A stretch of 64,000 bases of DNA from an uncultured Chloroflexia bacterium (GCA_963825525.1 CAWGTN010000001.1:225787-289786); one strand, 5' to 3'. Positions 30,916 to 41,713 are shown, counted from the stretch's first letter. A program made the numbers and translations. Notes: a model not told the origin generated them from the letters alone.

Positions 30916-32340
30916 ATGATGACGACCGCCCACGACCCCATCCGGTCCATCGACCAGTTGCGCGGCCTGCGAACCGTGGTGCTCGGCCTGGCACGCTCGG
31001 GAGTCGCCGCTTCCCGATTCCTCGCCGAGGCCGGCGCAGTGGTGGCCGCCTACGATCGCCGCCCACTGGCCGAGCTGCCCGATGCGGCGAGCGCGCTCGC
31101 CGGCCTTCCGGTCCGGCCTGTCACGGCCGTTGACGAGGCCGAGGTTCGGGCGCTGCTGGATCACGCCGAGCTGCTCGTCACCAGCCCCTCCATCTCGCCG
31201 CACTTCCCCACGACGGAGCCCTGGCTGCGCGAAGCGCTCCTCGCCGCAGAAGCACGAGGCGTTGAGCTGGTGAGCGAGGTCGAGCTGTTCCTCCGCCTGA
31301 CTCGCGCGCGGATCGTGGGCATCACCGGCACCAAGGGCAAGACGACCACCGCGTCGCTGGTCGCCGCCATCTTCCAGCAGGCCGGCATGCCGAGCGTGCT
31401 CGGCGGAAACATCGGCACGCCGCTGATCGAGCGGGCTGACGAACTGTCGGCCGATGACTGGGCGATCCTGGAGCTCAGTGAGCTGCAGCTTCCGACGATC
31501 AGCCGCGGTCCCGACCTGGCGCTCTACACGAACGTCGGGGCGGATCACCTCGACCGGCATGGATCGGTCGCCGCGTACCGGGCCGTCAAGGCTCGGCTCG
31601 CGGAGCTGACGGTTCCGGGCGGACGTGTGGTCCTCAACCATGACGACGAGGGCTGCCGGGATATCGGGGCAACCATCCCGACGACGAACAGCGCGTGGTA
31701 CGGGCTGACGCGGCCCGGCCGCGGTCCGGACGAGGCGTGGGTCGACGACGACGGTTGGATCCTCGTGGCGGGGGAGCGGCTCATGCCCGCGGCGGACGTG
31801 CCGCTCCCCGGCCGCCACATGCGAGGCAACGTCCTGTGCGCGGCGCTCGGCGCGTGGCTGGCCGGCGCGCCCCTGCCCGCGATCGCCGAGGCAGTGGCGG
31901 CATTCGGCGGCGTGGCGCACCGCCTCGAGCCTGTCGCCGAGCAGGCCGGGGTTCGCTGGGTGAACGACTCGCAGGCCACCATTCCGGCGGCGGCCATCGC
32001 CGCCCTCGAGGCGTTCGATGCGCCGATCGTGCTCATCACCGGCGGGCAGGGCAAGGGACTGACCTACGACGCCTTCGCGGACGCCATCGTCGAGCATGCT
32101 CGGGCGGCCATCCTGATCGGGGAGACGGCGGCGGAGCTCGCCGAGCTCATCGCCGACCGGGTGCCGGTCGAGCTGGCCGGCGACATGGCCGCGGCGGTGG
32201 CCGCGGCCGCCCGGCGGGCCGTGCCCGGGGACGTCGTCATCCTCGCCCCTGCTGCCGCCAGCTTCGACATGTTCGCCGACTACGCGGCGCGCGGCGACGC
32301 GTTTCGCGATGCCGTCCAGGCCCTGGTGACCGGTCGATGA
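30916..32340 (+). CDS. murD: UDP-MurNAc-L-Ala D-glutamate ligase
   Basis: LGLARSG, ITGTKGKTTT, GGNIG, DHLDRH, HRLE, NDS, PAAASFDMF. Confidence 0.94.
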   Translation: MMTTAHDPIRSIDQLRGLRTVVLGLARSGVAASRFLAEAGAVVAAYDRRPLAELPDAASALAGLPVRPVTAVDEAEVRALLDHAELLVTSPSISPHFPTTEPWLREALLAAEARGVELVSEVELFLRLTRARIVGITGTKGKTTTASLVAAIFQQAGMPSVLGGNIGTPLIERADELSADDWAILELSELQLPTISRGPDLALYTNVGADHLDRHGSVAAYRAVKARLAELTVPGGRVVLNHDDEGCRDIGATIPTTNSAWYGLTRPGRGPDEAWVDDDGWILVAGERLMPAADVPLPGRHMRGNVLCAALGAWLAGAPLPAIAEAVAAFGGVAHRLEPVAEQAGVRWVNDSQATIPAAAIAALEAFDAPIVLITGGQGKGLTYDAFADAIVEHARAAILIGETAAELAELIADRVPVELAGDMAAAVAAAARRAVPGDVVILAPAAASFDMFADYAARGDAFRDAVQALVTGR

Positions 32341-33602
32341 GCACCGCGGCGGCGGCCATGACCACGCGCCGCACCGCGAGCCGCGGAGGCGTCAGACGCG
32401 AGCGCCACGAGCCGGCCTACGCCCTCCTGCTGGCGGTCATGGCACTGACCGCGATCGGGATCGTGATGGTGTATTCCGCGTCGAGCGTTCGGTCGTACTT
32501 CAGCAGCGCCGATCCGGCCGCCCAGGGCATGGAACAGATCGTGTGGGCGGCGATGGGGGTGGCCGGCCTGCTGGTCACCAGCCGCCTCGACTTCCGCATT
32601 CTTCGCTACCTGGCGATACCGATCTTCGTCATCACCCTCGCGCTGCTCGTCGCCGTCCTGATCCCCGGCATCGGGTCGGAGATCAACGGTTCGCGGCGCT
32701 GGATCGTGGTCCCGGGGGTGGGATCTCTCCAGCCCGCCGAGTTCGCGAAGCTGGCGGTGGTCCTGTACCTGGCGCACTGGCTCGATCGGCGCGGCAAGGA
32801 GGCTCGGACCCTGTGGAACGGGCTGGTGCCGTTCGGCCTTCTCATCGCTCCCGGGTTCGTGCTGATCGCGATGGAGCCGGACCTCGGCACGGCCGGCGTT
32901 TACGTCATCGCTGCCGGCAGCGTGTTCTTCATGGCGGGGGCGAACCTGTTGTACATCAGCGCCATCTCCTCGGCCGTGCTGACGGGGGCGTGGCTCATGA
33001 TCAGCGGGACGAGCTACCAGCTCGAGCGCATCCAGACGTTCCTCGACCCGTTCAAGGATCCGCTGGGCGCGGGCTACAACACGGTCCAGGGGCTCTTCGC
33101 GCTGGCGCTCGGCGGGATCACCGGTCTCGGGCTCGGGATGAGCAAGCAGAAGTACCTCTACCTGCCGGCGCCGTCAACCGACTTCATCTTTGCGATCATC
33201 GGCGAGGAGTGGGGATTGGTCGGCACGTTGACCGTCGTGGCGCTGTTCGTGGTCATCGCCTACCAGGGCTATCGGATCGCGATCACCGCGCCGGACACGT
33301 TCTCCGGCCTCCTGGCTTGCGGAATCACGACCTGGCTGGTGGTCCAGGCCCTCATCAACATGATGGTCGTCACGGCGCTGCTGCCGGTGACGGGCATTCC
33401 CCTTCCATTCATCAGCGCCGGCGGTTCGGCGCTGACCATCAACCTCGCGGCCGTGGGCATCCTGCTCTCGATCAGCCGCGAAACGTCCCAGACAGGATCA
33501 TTGCGCGATGCGGTATTCGGTATCGGGCGGCGGGACCGGCGGGCACATCTACCCCGCGCTGGCCGTCGCACGGGCCCTGCGCGACGCACGACCCGACGCT
33601 GA
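32337..33602 (+). CDS. ftsW: SEDS peptidoglycan polymerase FtsW
   Basis: MVYSASS, NGSRRWI, QPAEFAK, EPDLGT, TDFIFAIIGEEWG, PFISAGGS. Confidence 0.94.
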   Translation: MSTAAAAMTTRRTASRGGVRRERHEPAYALLLAVMALTAIGIVMVYSASSVRSYFSSADPAAQGMEQIVWAAMGVAGLLVTSRLDFRILRYLAIPIFVITLALLVAVLIPGIGSEINGSRRWIVVPGVGSLQPAEFAKLAVVLYLAHWLDRRGKEARTLWNGLVPFGLLIAPGFVLIAMEPDLGTAGVYVIAAGSVFFMAGANLLYISAISSAVLTGAWLMISGTSYQLERIQTFLDPFKDPLGAGYNTVQGLFALALGGITGLGLGMSKQKYLYLPAPSTDFIFAIIGEEWGLVGTLTVVALFVVIAYQGYRIAITAPDTFSGLLACGITTWLVVQALINMMVVTALLPVTGIPLPFISAGGSALTINLAAVGILLSISRETSQTGSLRDAVFGIGRRDRRAHLPRAGRRTGPARRTTRR

Positions 33603-34638
33603 GCTCGACTACATCGGCGGCGTGCGCGGCTTCGAGAGGAATCTCGTGGCCAGTCATCCGCTGCGCAGCGCCCTGACCTATCACGAGCTCACGGTCCGCT
33701 CGCTCCGCACCTCCGGACTCTCCGTCCACACGGCCCTCGACCCGGCGCGCCTGGCGGCTTCGGTGCCACAGGCCTGGTGGCTGCTCGGGCGAATCCATCC
33801 GGCGGCGATGTTCACGACCGGCGGGTACCTGGCCCTGCCCCTCGTCCTCGCGGCGCGCGCGCGTGGCATTCCCACCCTGGTCTGGGAGGGCAATGTCCTC
33901 CCCGGGCGTGCGACGCGGGCGATCGGGCGATTCGCGACCCGTGTCGCGGTCAGCTTCCCGCCGACCCTCGATGCCTTCCCGGGCAACAGCTTCGTCTCCG
34001 GCACGCCGATCCGCTCGTTCGAGGGCATCGACCGTGGCGCGGCTCGCCACGCGTTCGGGCTCGATCCCGATGACCGTCTGCTCCTCGTGTTCGGCGGATC
34101 GCAGGCTGTGGCACGCCTGAACCGCGCAACCTTTGCGGCGCTCGAGCGCCTGCTGGTCGACTGGCACGTGCTGCACCTGGCCGGCGAAGCGGGGATGGCC
34201 GAGGCCGGCGCGGCGCGGCAGTCACTTCCCGATGGACTCCGTTCGCGGTACACCGCCGAGCCCTTCCTGACCGATCGCATGGCCGATGCGCTCGTCGCCG
34301 CGGACCTCGTGGTGGGGCGCGCGGGGTCCTCGACCTGCGCCGAGCTGGCGGCCGCGGGCCTGCCGTCGATCCTGGTGCCGTACCCGTACGCCGGTGCCCA
34401 CCAGCGCTACAACGCGTCGTACATGGCTGATCAGGGAGCGGCCGTCATGGTGCTCGATGAGGAGCTTGACGCCGACCGGCTCGCCGGCGAGGCCACCTCG
34501 CTCCGCGATGACGTGCGGCGGCAGGAGATGGCCCGGGCTGCGCGCGGCCTTGGCCGGCCGGATGCGGCCAATCTGCTGGCCAACGAGCTGCTGGCACTGG
34601 CCGAGGGCCGCGCCCTGCCGTCGGAGGCAGCAGGCTGA
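33508..34638 (+). CDS. murG: Lipid I N-acetylglucosamine transferase
   Basis: GGGTGGHIYPA, TGGY, FGGSQ, RAGSST, HQRYNA. Confidence 0.95.
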   Translation: MRYSVSGGGTGGHIYPALAVARALRDARPDAELDYIGGVRGFERNLVASHPLRSALTYHELTVRSLRTSGLSVHTALDPARLAASVPQAWWLLGRIHPAAMFTTGGYLALPLVLAARARGIPTLVWEGNVLPGRATRAIGRFATRVAVSFPPTLDAFPGNSFVSGTPIRSFEGIDRGAARHAFGLDPDDRLLLVFGGSQAVARLNRATFAALERLLVDWHVLHLAGEAGMAEAGAARQSLPDGLRSRYTAEPFLTDRMADALVAADLVVGRAGSSTCAELAAAGLPSILVPYPYAGAHQRYNASYMADQGAAVMVLDEELDADRLAGEATSLRDDVRRQEMARAARGLGRPDAANLLANELLALAEGRALPSEAAG

Positions 34639-35624
34639 TGCCGACCGGGACTCCCACACCCGAGCTCACCGAGCGCCTGGCGGCGATCGATCGGCTGGCG
34701 GCCGAGCGCGGAATCGACCTGGCAGCCGATGTCCCGGTTGGGCCGTTGACGACCCTGCGCGTGGGCGGAACCGCCGATCGGATGGTGGTCGCCGACAGCG
34801 TGGACGAGCTGGTGAGCGCGCTCCGATTGGCACGGGACTCGGGAGTGCCGGCGGGGGTGCTCGGCAAGGGGAGCGACCTGGTGGTGGCCGACCTCGGGAT
34901 CCGTGGGCTTGTCATTCGAAATCGAGCGGGAGCAATCCGGATCGACGGCGACGCGGTCCTGGCCGACTCGGGGACTGCAATGGCCGCCCTGGTCAAGCGA
35001 TGCGCGGCCGATGGTCTGGCGGGACTGGAGTTCGGCACCAGCATCCCCGGCAGCGTCGGTGGCGCGGTCTGGGCGAATGCCGGGGCGCATGACCGCGAGA
35101 TGCGAGACGTCGTCCGAGACGTGGCGGTGTGGTCGCCCGAGGACGAGGACGGCGTTCGGATGCTCGCCGCCTCCGAGTGCAACTTCGGCTATCGCGAGTC
35201 GCGCTTCAAGTCGAGCGGCGAGGTGGTGCTGTCCGCGACCTTCGCGCTCGATCATGACGACCCGGGCGCCATCCAGGAGAGGGTGCGTGCGCATCAGGAT
35301 CGGCGGCGTGCCACGCAGCCGCTCAAGGATCAGAACGCGGGGAGCGTGTTTCGGAACCCTCCGGGCGATCACGCGGGACGCCTGATCGAGGCCGCCGGCC
35401 TCAAGGGCCATCGCATCGACAGCGCGTCGGTCAGCACGGTTCACGCCAACTTCATCGTCGTGGACCGCGACGGTCGTGCCGTGGACGTTCGCGCGGTGGG
35501 CGACCACGTCCGGCGCGTGGTGGCGGAACGTTTCGCCGTTGAGCTTCGCTACGAGATCGAGTTCGTGGGGCAGTGGCCTGACGGCACCGACCCGCCGCCC
35601 TCGGCCATGGCGGGCGTCTCGTGA
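34638..35624 (+). CDS. murB: UDP-N-acetylenolpyruvoylglucosamine reductase
   Basis: TLRVGG, IPGSVGG..NAGA, FGYRES, AGSVFRNP, HANFIV. Confidence 0.95.
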   Translation: MPTGTPTPELTERLAAIDRLAAERGIDLAADVPVGPLTTLRVGGTADRMVVADSVDELVSALRLARDSGVPAGVLGKGSDLVVADLGIRGLVIRNRAGAIRIDGDAVLADSGTAMAALVKRCAADGLAGLEFGTSIPGSVGGAVWANAGAHDREMRDVVRDVAVWSPEDEDGVRMLAASECNFGYRESRFKSSGEVVLSATFALDHDDPGAIQERVRAHQDRRRATQPLKDQNAGSVFRNPPGDHAGRLIEAAGLKGHRIDSASVSTVHANFIVVDRDGRAVDVRAVGDHVRRVVAERFAVELRYEIEFVGQWPDGTDPPPSAMAGVS

Positions 35625-36727
35625 CCCGGCTGCGCGTCGGGATCTTCGCCGGCGGTCGCTCGGCCGAGCACGAGGTGAGCATTGCATCCGCCGAGTCGGT
35701 GCTGCGAGCCATCGATCGAGACCGCTTCGAGCCCTACCTGGTCTACATCGACCGCGCCGGGCGCTGGACCCTTCCCGAGGGGCCGGCCCCGCGTCTCGGC
35801 GGATCGGAGCGCCTGGCCGGACTGCTCGGCGCCGCGAGCCCGTCCGAGGAGGCGGCGAACCTGCGCCTCCATGCCGAACCTCCCGCTACCCGCGGGGGTG
35901 GGAGCGAGATAGATGCACGGAGTGCCGTCCGCTCGCTCGCCGAATCGATCGACGTTGCCTTCCTGGTGGTCCACGGGCCATTCGGGGAGGACGGGACGCT
36001 CCAGGGATTCCTGGAGCTCGCCGAGATCCCGTACATCGGCGCCGGGGTCCTCGCCAGTGCCGTCGCCATGGATAAGGTGGTCTTCAAGGACCTCATGCGC
36101 GGCCATGGCCTTCCGGTGGTCGAGTCGGTGTGGATTCGGCGCCGAGCGTGGGCCACCGATCCTGAACATGCGCTGCGGGTGGTATCGGACGCCATCGGCG
36201 CGAGGAGCGTCGTGAAGCCCGCACGCCTCGGAAGTAGCGTGGGCATGAGCGTGGTCCACACCGAGGCCGAGCTGCCGGCCGCCTTCGACGAGGCGTTCCG
36301 CTACGACAGCAAGGCCATCGTCGAGCGCTACGTGGAAGGTGCGCGGGAGCTGGAATGTGGCGTCCTGGGCAACGAGGATGTCATCGTCTTCGAGCCGGGC
36401 GAGGTCCGGTCAGCGCACGAGTTCTACGACTACGAGGCAAAGTACGTGGAGGGGCTGGCCGAGGTCCTGCCGCGGGCCGATGTCGACCCCGACCTGGCCG
36501 TTCGGCTCAAGGAGCTGTCTCTGGCCGCCTACCGCGCCGTGGACTGCGCGGGCATGGCGCGCGTGGACTTCCTCGTCGCCGGTGACGATGTCTACCTCAG
36601 CGAGATGAACACGCTCCCGGGATTCACCACCACGAGCATGTTCCCGAAGCAGGCCGAGCTTGCCGGGATCCCGTTCTCCGAGCTGATCGGGCGTCTCATC
36701 GAGCTGGCGATGGAGCGCGACCGATGA
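35621..36727 (+). CDS. ddl: D-alanine-D-alanine ligase
   Basis: GGRSAEHEVS, HGPFGEDG, GSSVG, FYDYEAKY, EMNTLPGFT. Confidence 0.96.
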   Translation: MTRLRVGIFAGGRSAEHEVSIASAESVLRAIDRDRFEPYLVYIDRAGRWTLPEGPAPRLGGSERLAGLLGAASPSEEAANLRLHAEPPATRGGGSEIDARSAVRSLAESIDVAFLVVHGPFGEDGTLQGFLELAEIPYIGAGVLASAVAMDKVVFKDLMRGHGLPVVESVWIRRRAWATDPEHALRVVSDAIGARSVVKPARLGSSVGMSVVHTEAELPAAFDEAFRYDSKAIVERYVEGARELECGVLGNEDVIVFEPGEVRSAHEFYDYEAKYVEGLAEVLPRADVDPDLAVRLKELSLAAYRAVDCAGMARVDFLVAGDDVYLSEMNTLPGFTTTSMFPKQAELAGIPFSELIGRLIELAMERDR

Positions 36728-37644
36728 AGCTGAAGCCACAGCCACGTCGCGAGACCAAGCGGACCGGTCGTGCTCCGCGCCGCGCCGCGCGGGTGAGCGG
36801 CGTATCCCGGTCGAGGGGCCGGCAGGCGCGGCGTCCCGGGGTGCCGCTGCGTCGCCGGATCGGGGCTCGGATGCCGTCGATCCGGCGCGCCCTGGCGGCG
36901 GTGGGGGCGGTCGCCGTGACCGCCGGCCTGGTCGCCATGCTCAACGGTCCCTGGCTGCGGGTCACCGAGGTTGCCTGGGCGGGCGACGTGTACACCTCGG
37001 AACGCGATCTTGGTCGTGTGCTCGATTCGCAACGCGGCGTGAGCGTACTGGCGGTCGACACCGGCGCGTTGAGCGAGCGCCTGGAGCGGCTCCCGGCAGT
37101 GGCCGATGCGGCCGTGAATGCCAGCCTGCCCGGCCGGGTCGACGTGACCATCGTCGAGCGTGAGGTGGCCTTCGTGTGGGAGACCCCATCGGCGCTGCTT
37201 CTCGGTGACGCCGAAGGCGCTCTCTTCGTGGCCCTGTCCCGGGATGCAACCCTGGCGCCCGAGCAGGCGATGCTGCCGAGGATCTCCGACCAGCGATCGT
37301 CAGCCCGGCTCATGACGGCGGGGGATGAAGTGCCTGACGCGCTGCTGGCGACCGCGCTGCGTCTGGCGAGCCTTGACCCGGCGTCCCTCGGGTCGACGGC
37401 CGAGGGATTCGGCGTTCGCCTCGACGAGGAGTATGGGTTCCGCCTGGTCGCCGCCAGTCCGGGATGGGAGCTGGCGCTCGGCGTCTACGGGCTCGACCCA
37501 CAGGAGACCGACGGCGAGGCGGCCGCGCGTCTCGACCGACAGGTCACCGCGGTCCGCACGCTGTTCGCGAGTCGAAACGAGTCCGACATCAGCTGGGTGG
37601 ATGCTCGGAACCCGGGGAAGGTATATTTCCGTGCCAAGGGGTGA
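36724..37644 (+). CDS. ftsQ: Cell division protein FtsQ/DivIB
   Basis: Basic N-terminus, TM, POTRA-like domain (LPGRVDVTIVER), C-terminal VDARNPGKVY; canonical position. Confidence 0.82.
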   Translation: MKLKPQPRRETKRTGRAPRRAARVSGVSRSRGRQARRPGVPLRRRIGARMPSIRRALAAVGAVAVTAGLVAMLNGPWLRVTEVAWAGDVYTSERDLGRVLDSQRGVSVLAVDTGALSERLERLPAVADAAVNASLPGRVDVTIVEREVAFVWETPSALLLGDAEGALFVALSRDATLAPEQAMLPRISDQRSSARLMTAGDEVPDALLATALRLASLDPASLGSTAEGFGVRLDEEYGFRLVAASPGWELALGVYGLDPQETDGEAAARLDRQVTAVRTLFASRNESDISWVDARNPGKVYFRAKG

Positions 37645-37703
37645 CGCAATCGCCGGAGCGCGGCGCCCCACCTGCCGAGATCCTCGCTTCGGGTCCTTCT
37701 CCC

Positions 37704-38027
37704 ATGTGGCTTCCGCTCGTCGGACTTGCGCTCGGAATCGCGCTCGGACTGGTGCTCAACGTCAACGTGAGCCCAGATCTGGCGCGCTACTCGGCCGTGG
37801 CGATCCTGGCCGGCCTCGACTCGGTACTCGGCGCGATCCGTGCCGAGCTGGATGCGCACTACGACAACCGCATCTTTCTCTCTGGGTTCATCACGAATGC
37901 TCTGGTGGCCGTCGCGCTCACCTTCGTGGGCGATCGGTTGGGCATCGACCTGTACCTGGTCGCACTCTTCGCCTTCGGCCTGCGCATCTTCCAGAACGTG
38001 GCCCTCATCCGGCGTCACTTCCTGTAG
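37704..38027 (+). CDS. Small basic protein (Sbp/DUF1290 family)
   Basis: YSAVAILAGLDSVLGAIRA..F..GF..N..RIFQNVA.IRR, located between ftsQ and ftsA. Confidence 0.88.
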   Translation: MWLPLVGLALGIALGLVLNVNVSPDLARYSAVAILAGLDSVLGAIRAELDAHYDNRIFLSGFITNALVAVALTFVGDRLGIDLYLVALFAFGLRIFQNVALIRRHFL

Positions 38028-38079
38028 GCTCGGACGGCATCCACCGGCGCGCTGTGGCGCGTCGCTAGCAGGAGGTAGC

Positions 38080-39315
38080 TTGGAACGCGAAGCGGTCCTC
38101 GTCGCGATCGACGCGGGGACGACGAAGGTCACGACCCTCATCGGCGAGGTCGGACGATCCGGTGACGTGAACGTCATCGGCTATGGCATCGCGCCGTCCG
38201 CCGGGATGAAGAAGGGGATGGTCGCCAACATCGACCAGACCGTGAACTCGATTGCCTCCAGCGTGGAGAAGGCCGAGCGCCTCTCCGGCTACAAGATCAG
38301 CTCGGCGTTCGTCAGCGTGGGCGGCAGCCACATCAGCAGCCAGAACTCGCGCGGCGTGGTGGCGGTCTCGGGCCACAAGCGAGAGGTGAGCCGCGAGGAC
38401 GTGGCCCGCGCGACCGAGGCGGCGAAGGCGGTCCAGGTGCCATCCAACCGCGAGATGCTGCACGTCGTGCCGCGCGGCTACATCGTGGACGGCCAGGAGG
38501 GTATCAAGGATCCGCTCGGCATGAGCGCGGTGCGCCTCGAGGTCGAAACCCACATCGTTGCCGGCGCGGCGACCTCCGTTCAGAACCTGAGCAAGTGCGT
38601 GATCACGTCCGGAGTCCAGATCGACGAGATGGTGATCAGCTCGCTGGCAGCGGCGGAGGCGACCCTGACCGATACGGAGAAGGAGCTCGGCGTGCTGGTC
38701 GCCGATATCGGCGGCGGGACGACCGACATCGCGATCTTCGTCGATGGCGCCGTCTACCACACGGCGGTCCTGCCGGTCGGCGGGATCAACGTCACCAACG
38801 ACGTGGCCATCGGGCTGCGCACCAGCCTCAACCTGGCGGAAGAGATCAAGATCAAGCACGGCACGGCCAACATGGCCGAGGTGGAGCCCGAGGAGCTGCT
38901 CAACGTGGCGGTCCTGGGCGAATCCGGCGGCCAGACGATCCAGCGCCGCAAACTGTGCGAGATCATCGAGGCCCGGATGGGCGAGATCTACAGCCTGATT
39001 CGCGAGGAGGTCAAGCGCTCGGGCCACGCGGGAATGCTGCCGGCCGGCGCGGTGCTCACCGGTGGAGGCGCGCGCCTGGGTGGCGCCGAGGTGCTGGCGC
39101 GCGAGACCCTCGAGATGCCGGTCCGCATCGGCAGCCCGCAGGGCGTCGGCGGCCTCATGGACCAGATCGGCAACCCCGCATTCAGCACCTCGATCGGGCT
39201 GCTGCTGTGGGGCGCCAACCACGTGAACGAGGAGCCGATCGGCTACGGCAGCCCGAACGGCGTCAATCCGCTGTCGCGTGTCGGTGAGTGGATTCGGAAC
39301 CTGTTCCCCGGCTGA
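38080..39315 (+). CDS. ftsA: Cell division protein FtsA
   Basis: AGGAGG RBS plus TTG; IDAGTTKV, DIGGGTTD, LTGGG; C-terminal amphipathic helix. Confidence 0.96.
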   Translation: MEREAVLVAIDAGTTKVTTLIGEVGRSGDVNVIGYGIAPSAGMKKGMVANIDQTVNSIASSVEKAERLSGYKISSAFVSVGGSHISSQNSRGVVAVSGHKREVSREDVARATEAAKAVQVPSNREMLHVVPRGYIVDGQEGIKDPLGMSAVRLEVETHIVAGAATSVQNLSKCVITSGVQIDEMVISSLAAAEATLTDTEKELGVLVADIGGGTTDIAIFVDGAVYHTAVLPVGGINVTNDVAIGLRTSLNLAEEIKIKHGTANMAEVEPEELLNVAVLGESGGQTIQRRKLCEIIEARMGEIYSLIREEVKRSGHAGMLPAGAVLTGGGARLGGAEVLARETLEMPVRIGSPQGVGGLMDQIGNPAFSTSIGLLLWGANHVNEEPIGYGSPNGVNPLSRVGEWIRNLFPG

Positions 39316-39331
39316 TCTCCAGGCAGACCGC

Positions 39332-40225
39332 CTAGGGCGGTCCCGCAATCGGTGCCTGGACGGTGAGCACCAGGCTGGCCCGGCACAGCAGCTGGCTCAG
39401 ACGCGGATCCGTCCGGATGATTCGGACGCCGTCATGCGTCTCGGTACGGCAGGTGGCCGCCGCCGGGTCATCGTGGTGACCGACCCATCGATACCATCCC
39501 GGCGCGCCGCAGATGCCGTCGACGGCTCCGTTTGGCGCAGCGCGAGCGCTGATCGAAGCACCCACGCTGAAGTCCGGCGGTTCGGGCTTGGCGTCGCCGA
39601 TGCTGACCGCGGTCCAGGTGCCGTTGAGCCACTCGGGAGTCCCGGTCCGTGGCGAGCTGCCGATACCGCAGCCGATCGGCGAGTACCCGACGAGCTCGAT
39701 CGCGTCTTCCCCGAAGCACGCGAGGCCCCCGAAGGTGCCGAGGGCGGCCGCCGCGGGAACGGTGACCGGTTGGCCCGGACAGTCGAGTGCGGCTGGCTCG
39801 GTGGTGCGAGCGCCGTCGACGACCTCCGGGAGCCACCCGAACAGCATGCCAAGTTCGCCCACCACGTGATTCGAGACCACCAGGTACCACGTTTCTCCCT
39901 GAACCTGCGTGCGGTCGGCAATCCATACGAGGTCGCCGGCCAGCAGCTGGCCCGGGATCAGCCCGCCTGGGTCCGACATGTCCGGGTGCGTCCCGACGGT
40001 GATATCGCCAAGCATGCGCACGAGCAGTTCGGAGACGCCACGATCCGCGGGCGGCGAGGGCGAGACGGACTGCTGGGGCGAGACGGACTGATCGGGCGTG
40101 CCCGACGGCGTGGTAGCGGCGCACCCGGTGATGAGAAGGCCAATTGCGGCGATCCGAAGCACGCCGATCGCACGACTGCCGCCACCGCCCCGGGCCTCAT
40201 AGGGGCCGACGGATCTCCCACCCAT
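39332..40225 (-). CDS. Putative lipoprotein on the opposite strand between ftsA and ftsZ
   Basis: Lipobox-like LLITGC, Ser/Pro linker, several Cys. Start is uncertain (40225 follows CATACT; 40162 is an alternative). Confidence 0.7.
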   Translation of the reverse strand: MGGRSVGPYEARGGGGSRAIGVLRIAAIGLLITGCAATTPSGTPDQSVSPQQSVSPSPPADRGVSELLVRMLGDITVGTHPDMSDPGGLIPGQLLAGDLVWIADRTQVQGETWYLVVSNHVVGELGMLFGWLPEVVDGARTTEPAALDCPGQPVTVPAAAALGTFGGLACFGEDAIELVGYSPIGCGIGSSPRTGTPEWLNGTWTAVSIGDAKPEPPDFSVGASISARAAPNGAVDGICGAPGWYRWVGHHDDPAAATCRTETHDGVRIIRTDPRLSQLLCRASLVLTVQAPIAGPP

Positions 40226-40268
40226 ACGCCGCAGTATGGCGCCTTCCCGCGGCAGAAAGAAGCACACG

Positions 40269-40341
40269 TTGTGCACCGCTGTCCACCTGGTCCACACCGA
40301 ATATGGGCCGATGTGGATAACTGAGGCAGAGATGTGGAAAA
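40269..40341. promoter_or_regulatory. DnaA-box cluster upstream of ftsZ
   Basis: Perfect TGTGGATAA (=TTATCCACA) 40312-40320, TGTGGAAAA 40333-40341, and TTGTGCACC, CTGTCCACC, TGGTCCACA within 40269-40296; TAGAAT -10 at 40370. Confidence 0.65.
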
Positions 40342-40442
40342 ACGCCCGACGCGGCGACGGGGGGATGGCTAGAATCGGTCAGACCCGTCGAAGCCCTCGG
40401 GTTGACGTTCCAGCCACCTGCCGAGCAGAGGATCACCCGATT

Positions 40443-41693
40443 ATGCCGCTCCGATCCGACTCCGAGAATTTTGCCCTCATCAAGGTCATCGGCGTGGGCG
40501 GTGGCGGCAGCAACGCCGTCAACCGGATGATCCGCGCCGAGATGATGGGTGTCGAGTTCATCAGCGTGAACACCGACGCCCAGGCGCTCCTCCAGAGTGA
40601 CGCGCCGCACAAGATCCGCATCGGCGACAAGATGACGCGCGGCCTGGGGGCCGGCGCCGATCCGCAGGTCGGACAGCGAGCGGCCGAAGAGGACTCGGAG
40701 AAGATCTACGAGGCTCTCAAGGACGCGGACATGATCTTCATCACCGCGGGCATGGGTGGCGGCACCGGTTCGGGCGCCGCCCCGGTCATCGCGGAGATCG
40801 CGAAGGACCTGGGTGCGCTGACCGTCGGCGTGGTCACGAAGCCCTTCAGCTTCGAGGGCATGCGTCGCAAGCTGGTGGCCGAGCAGTACACCGAGCTCCT
40901 CAAGGAGAAGGTCGACACCCTCATCACCATCCCGAACGACCGGCTGCGCGAGGTCGTCGACAAGAAGACGAGCATCGTGGACGCCTTCCGCGTGGTGGAC
41001 GACGTGCTGCGCCAGGGCGTCCAGGGCATCAGCGACCTGATCACCGTCCCCGGCCTCATCAACCTGGACTTCGCCGACGTCAAGACCATCATGCGCGAGG
41101 CCGGCAGCTCAATGATGGGCATCGGCATGGGGACCGGCGAAAACCGCGCCGTCGAGGCCGCCCGGGCCGCCGTCATGAGCCCGCTGCTCGAGGTCAACAT
41201 CACCGGGGCCCGCGGCATCCTCTTCAACGTCACCGGTGGCTCGGACCTCGGCCTGTTCGAGGTCAACGAGGCCGCCGAGGTGATCAAGGAGGCCGCCGAT
41301 CCGGAGGCCAACATCATCTTCGGCACCGTGATCGACGATCGGATGCGCGACGAGGTCAAGGTCACCGTCATCGCCACCGGCTTCGACGCCAGTCGCAAGC
41401 CGAAGCAGCAGAGCCGGTTCGCCGCCGATGCGGCCGGCGGCGTCGAGCAGAGTCTCGACGAGCGCAGCCGCGAGATCCTGGCCGAGATCGAGCGTGATCG
41501 GGAGCAGCGACAGAACCTCGAGGACCAGATGGGCACAGAGTCGCCCTTCGCGCGTCCATCCGAGCGTGAGGCGACCGAGATCAAGGCGCCGGACCGCCAG
41601 GCGGTGCCGGTACGCCCGGCGAACCTCGATCGTCCGTCGTACAGCGAGACCGACCTCGACATCCCGAGCTTCCTGCGCCGCAAGAACGACTGA
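40443..41693 (+). CDS. ftsZ: Cell division protein FtsZ
   Basis: [30 protein letters not shown]-terminal DIPSFLRR. Confidence 0.98.
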   Translation: MPLRSDSENFALIKVIGVGGGGSNAVNRMIRAEMMGVEFISVNTDAQALLQSDAPHKIRIGDKMTRGLGAGADPQVGQRAAEEDSEKIYEALKDADMIFITAGMGGGTGSGAAPVIAEIAKDLGALTVGVVTKPFSFEGMRRKLVAEQYTELLKEKVDTLITIPNDRLREVVDKKTSIVDAFRVVDDVLRQGVQGISDLITVPGLINLDFADVKTIMREAGSSMMGIGMGTGENRAVEAARAAVMSPLLEVNITGARGILFNVTGGSDLGLFEVNEAAEVIKEAADPEANIIFGTVIDDRMRDEVKVTVIATGFDASRKPKQQSRFAADAAGGVEQSLDERSREILAEIERDREQRQNLEDQMGTESPFARPSEREATEIKAPDRQAVPVRPANLDRPSYSETDLDIPSFLRRKND

Positions 41694-41713
41694 CGCTCGC
41701 CGGCGAGGGCCAC

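Noticed and set aside
33508-33602. 95-nt ftsW/murG overlap as a frameshift or recoding signal
   Set aside because: Both proteins are complete; the FtsW tail simply reads through the murG start.
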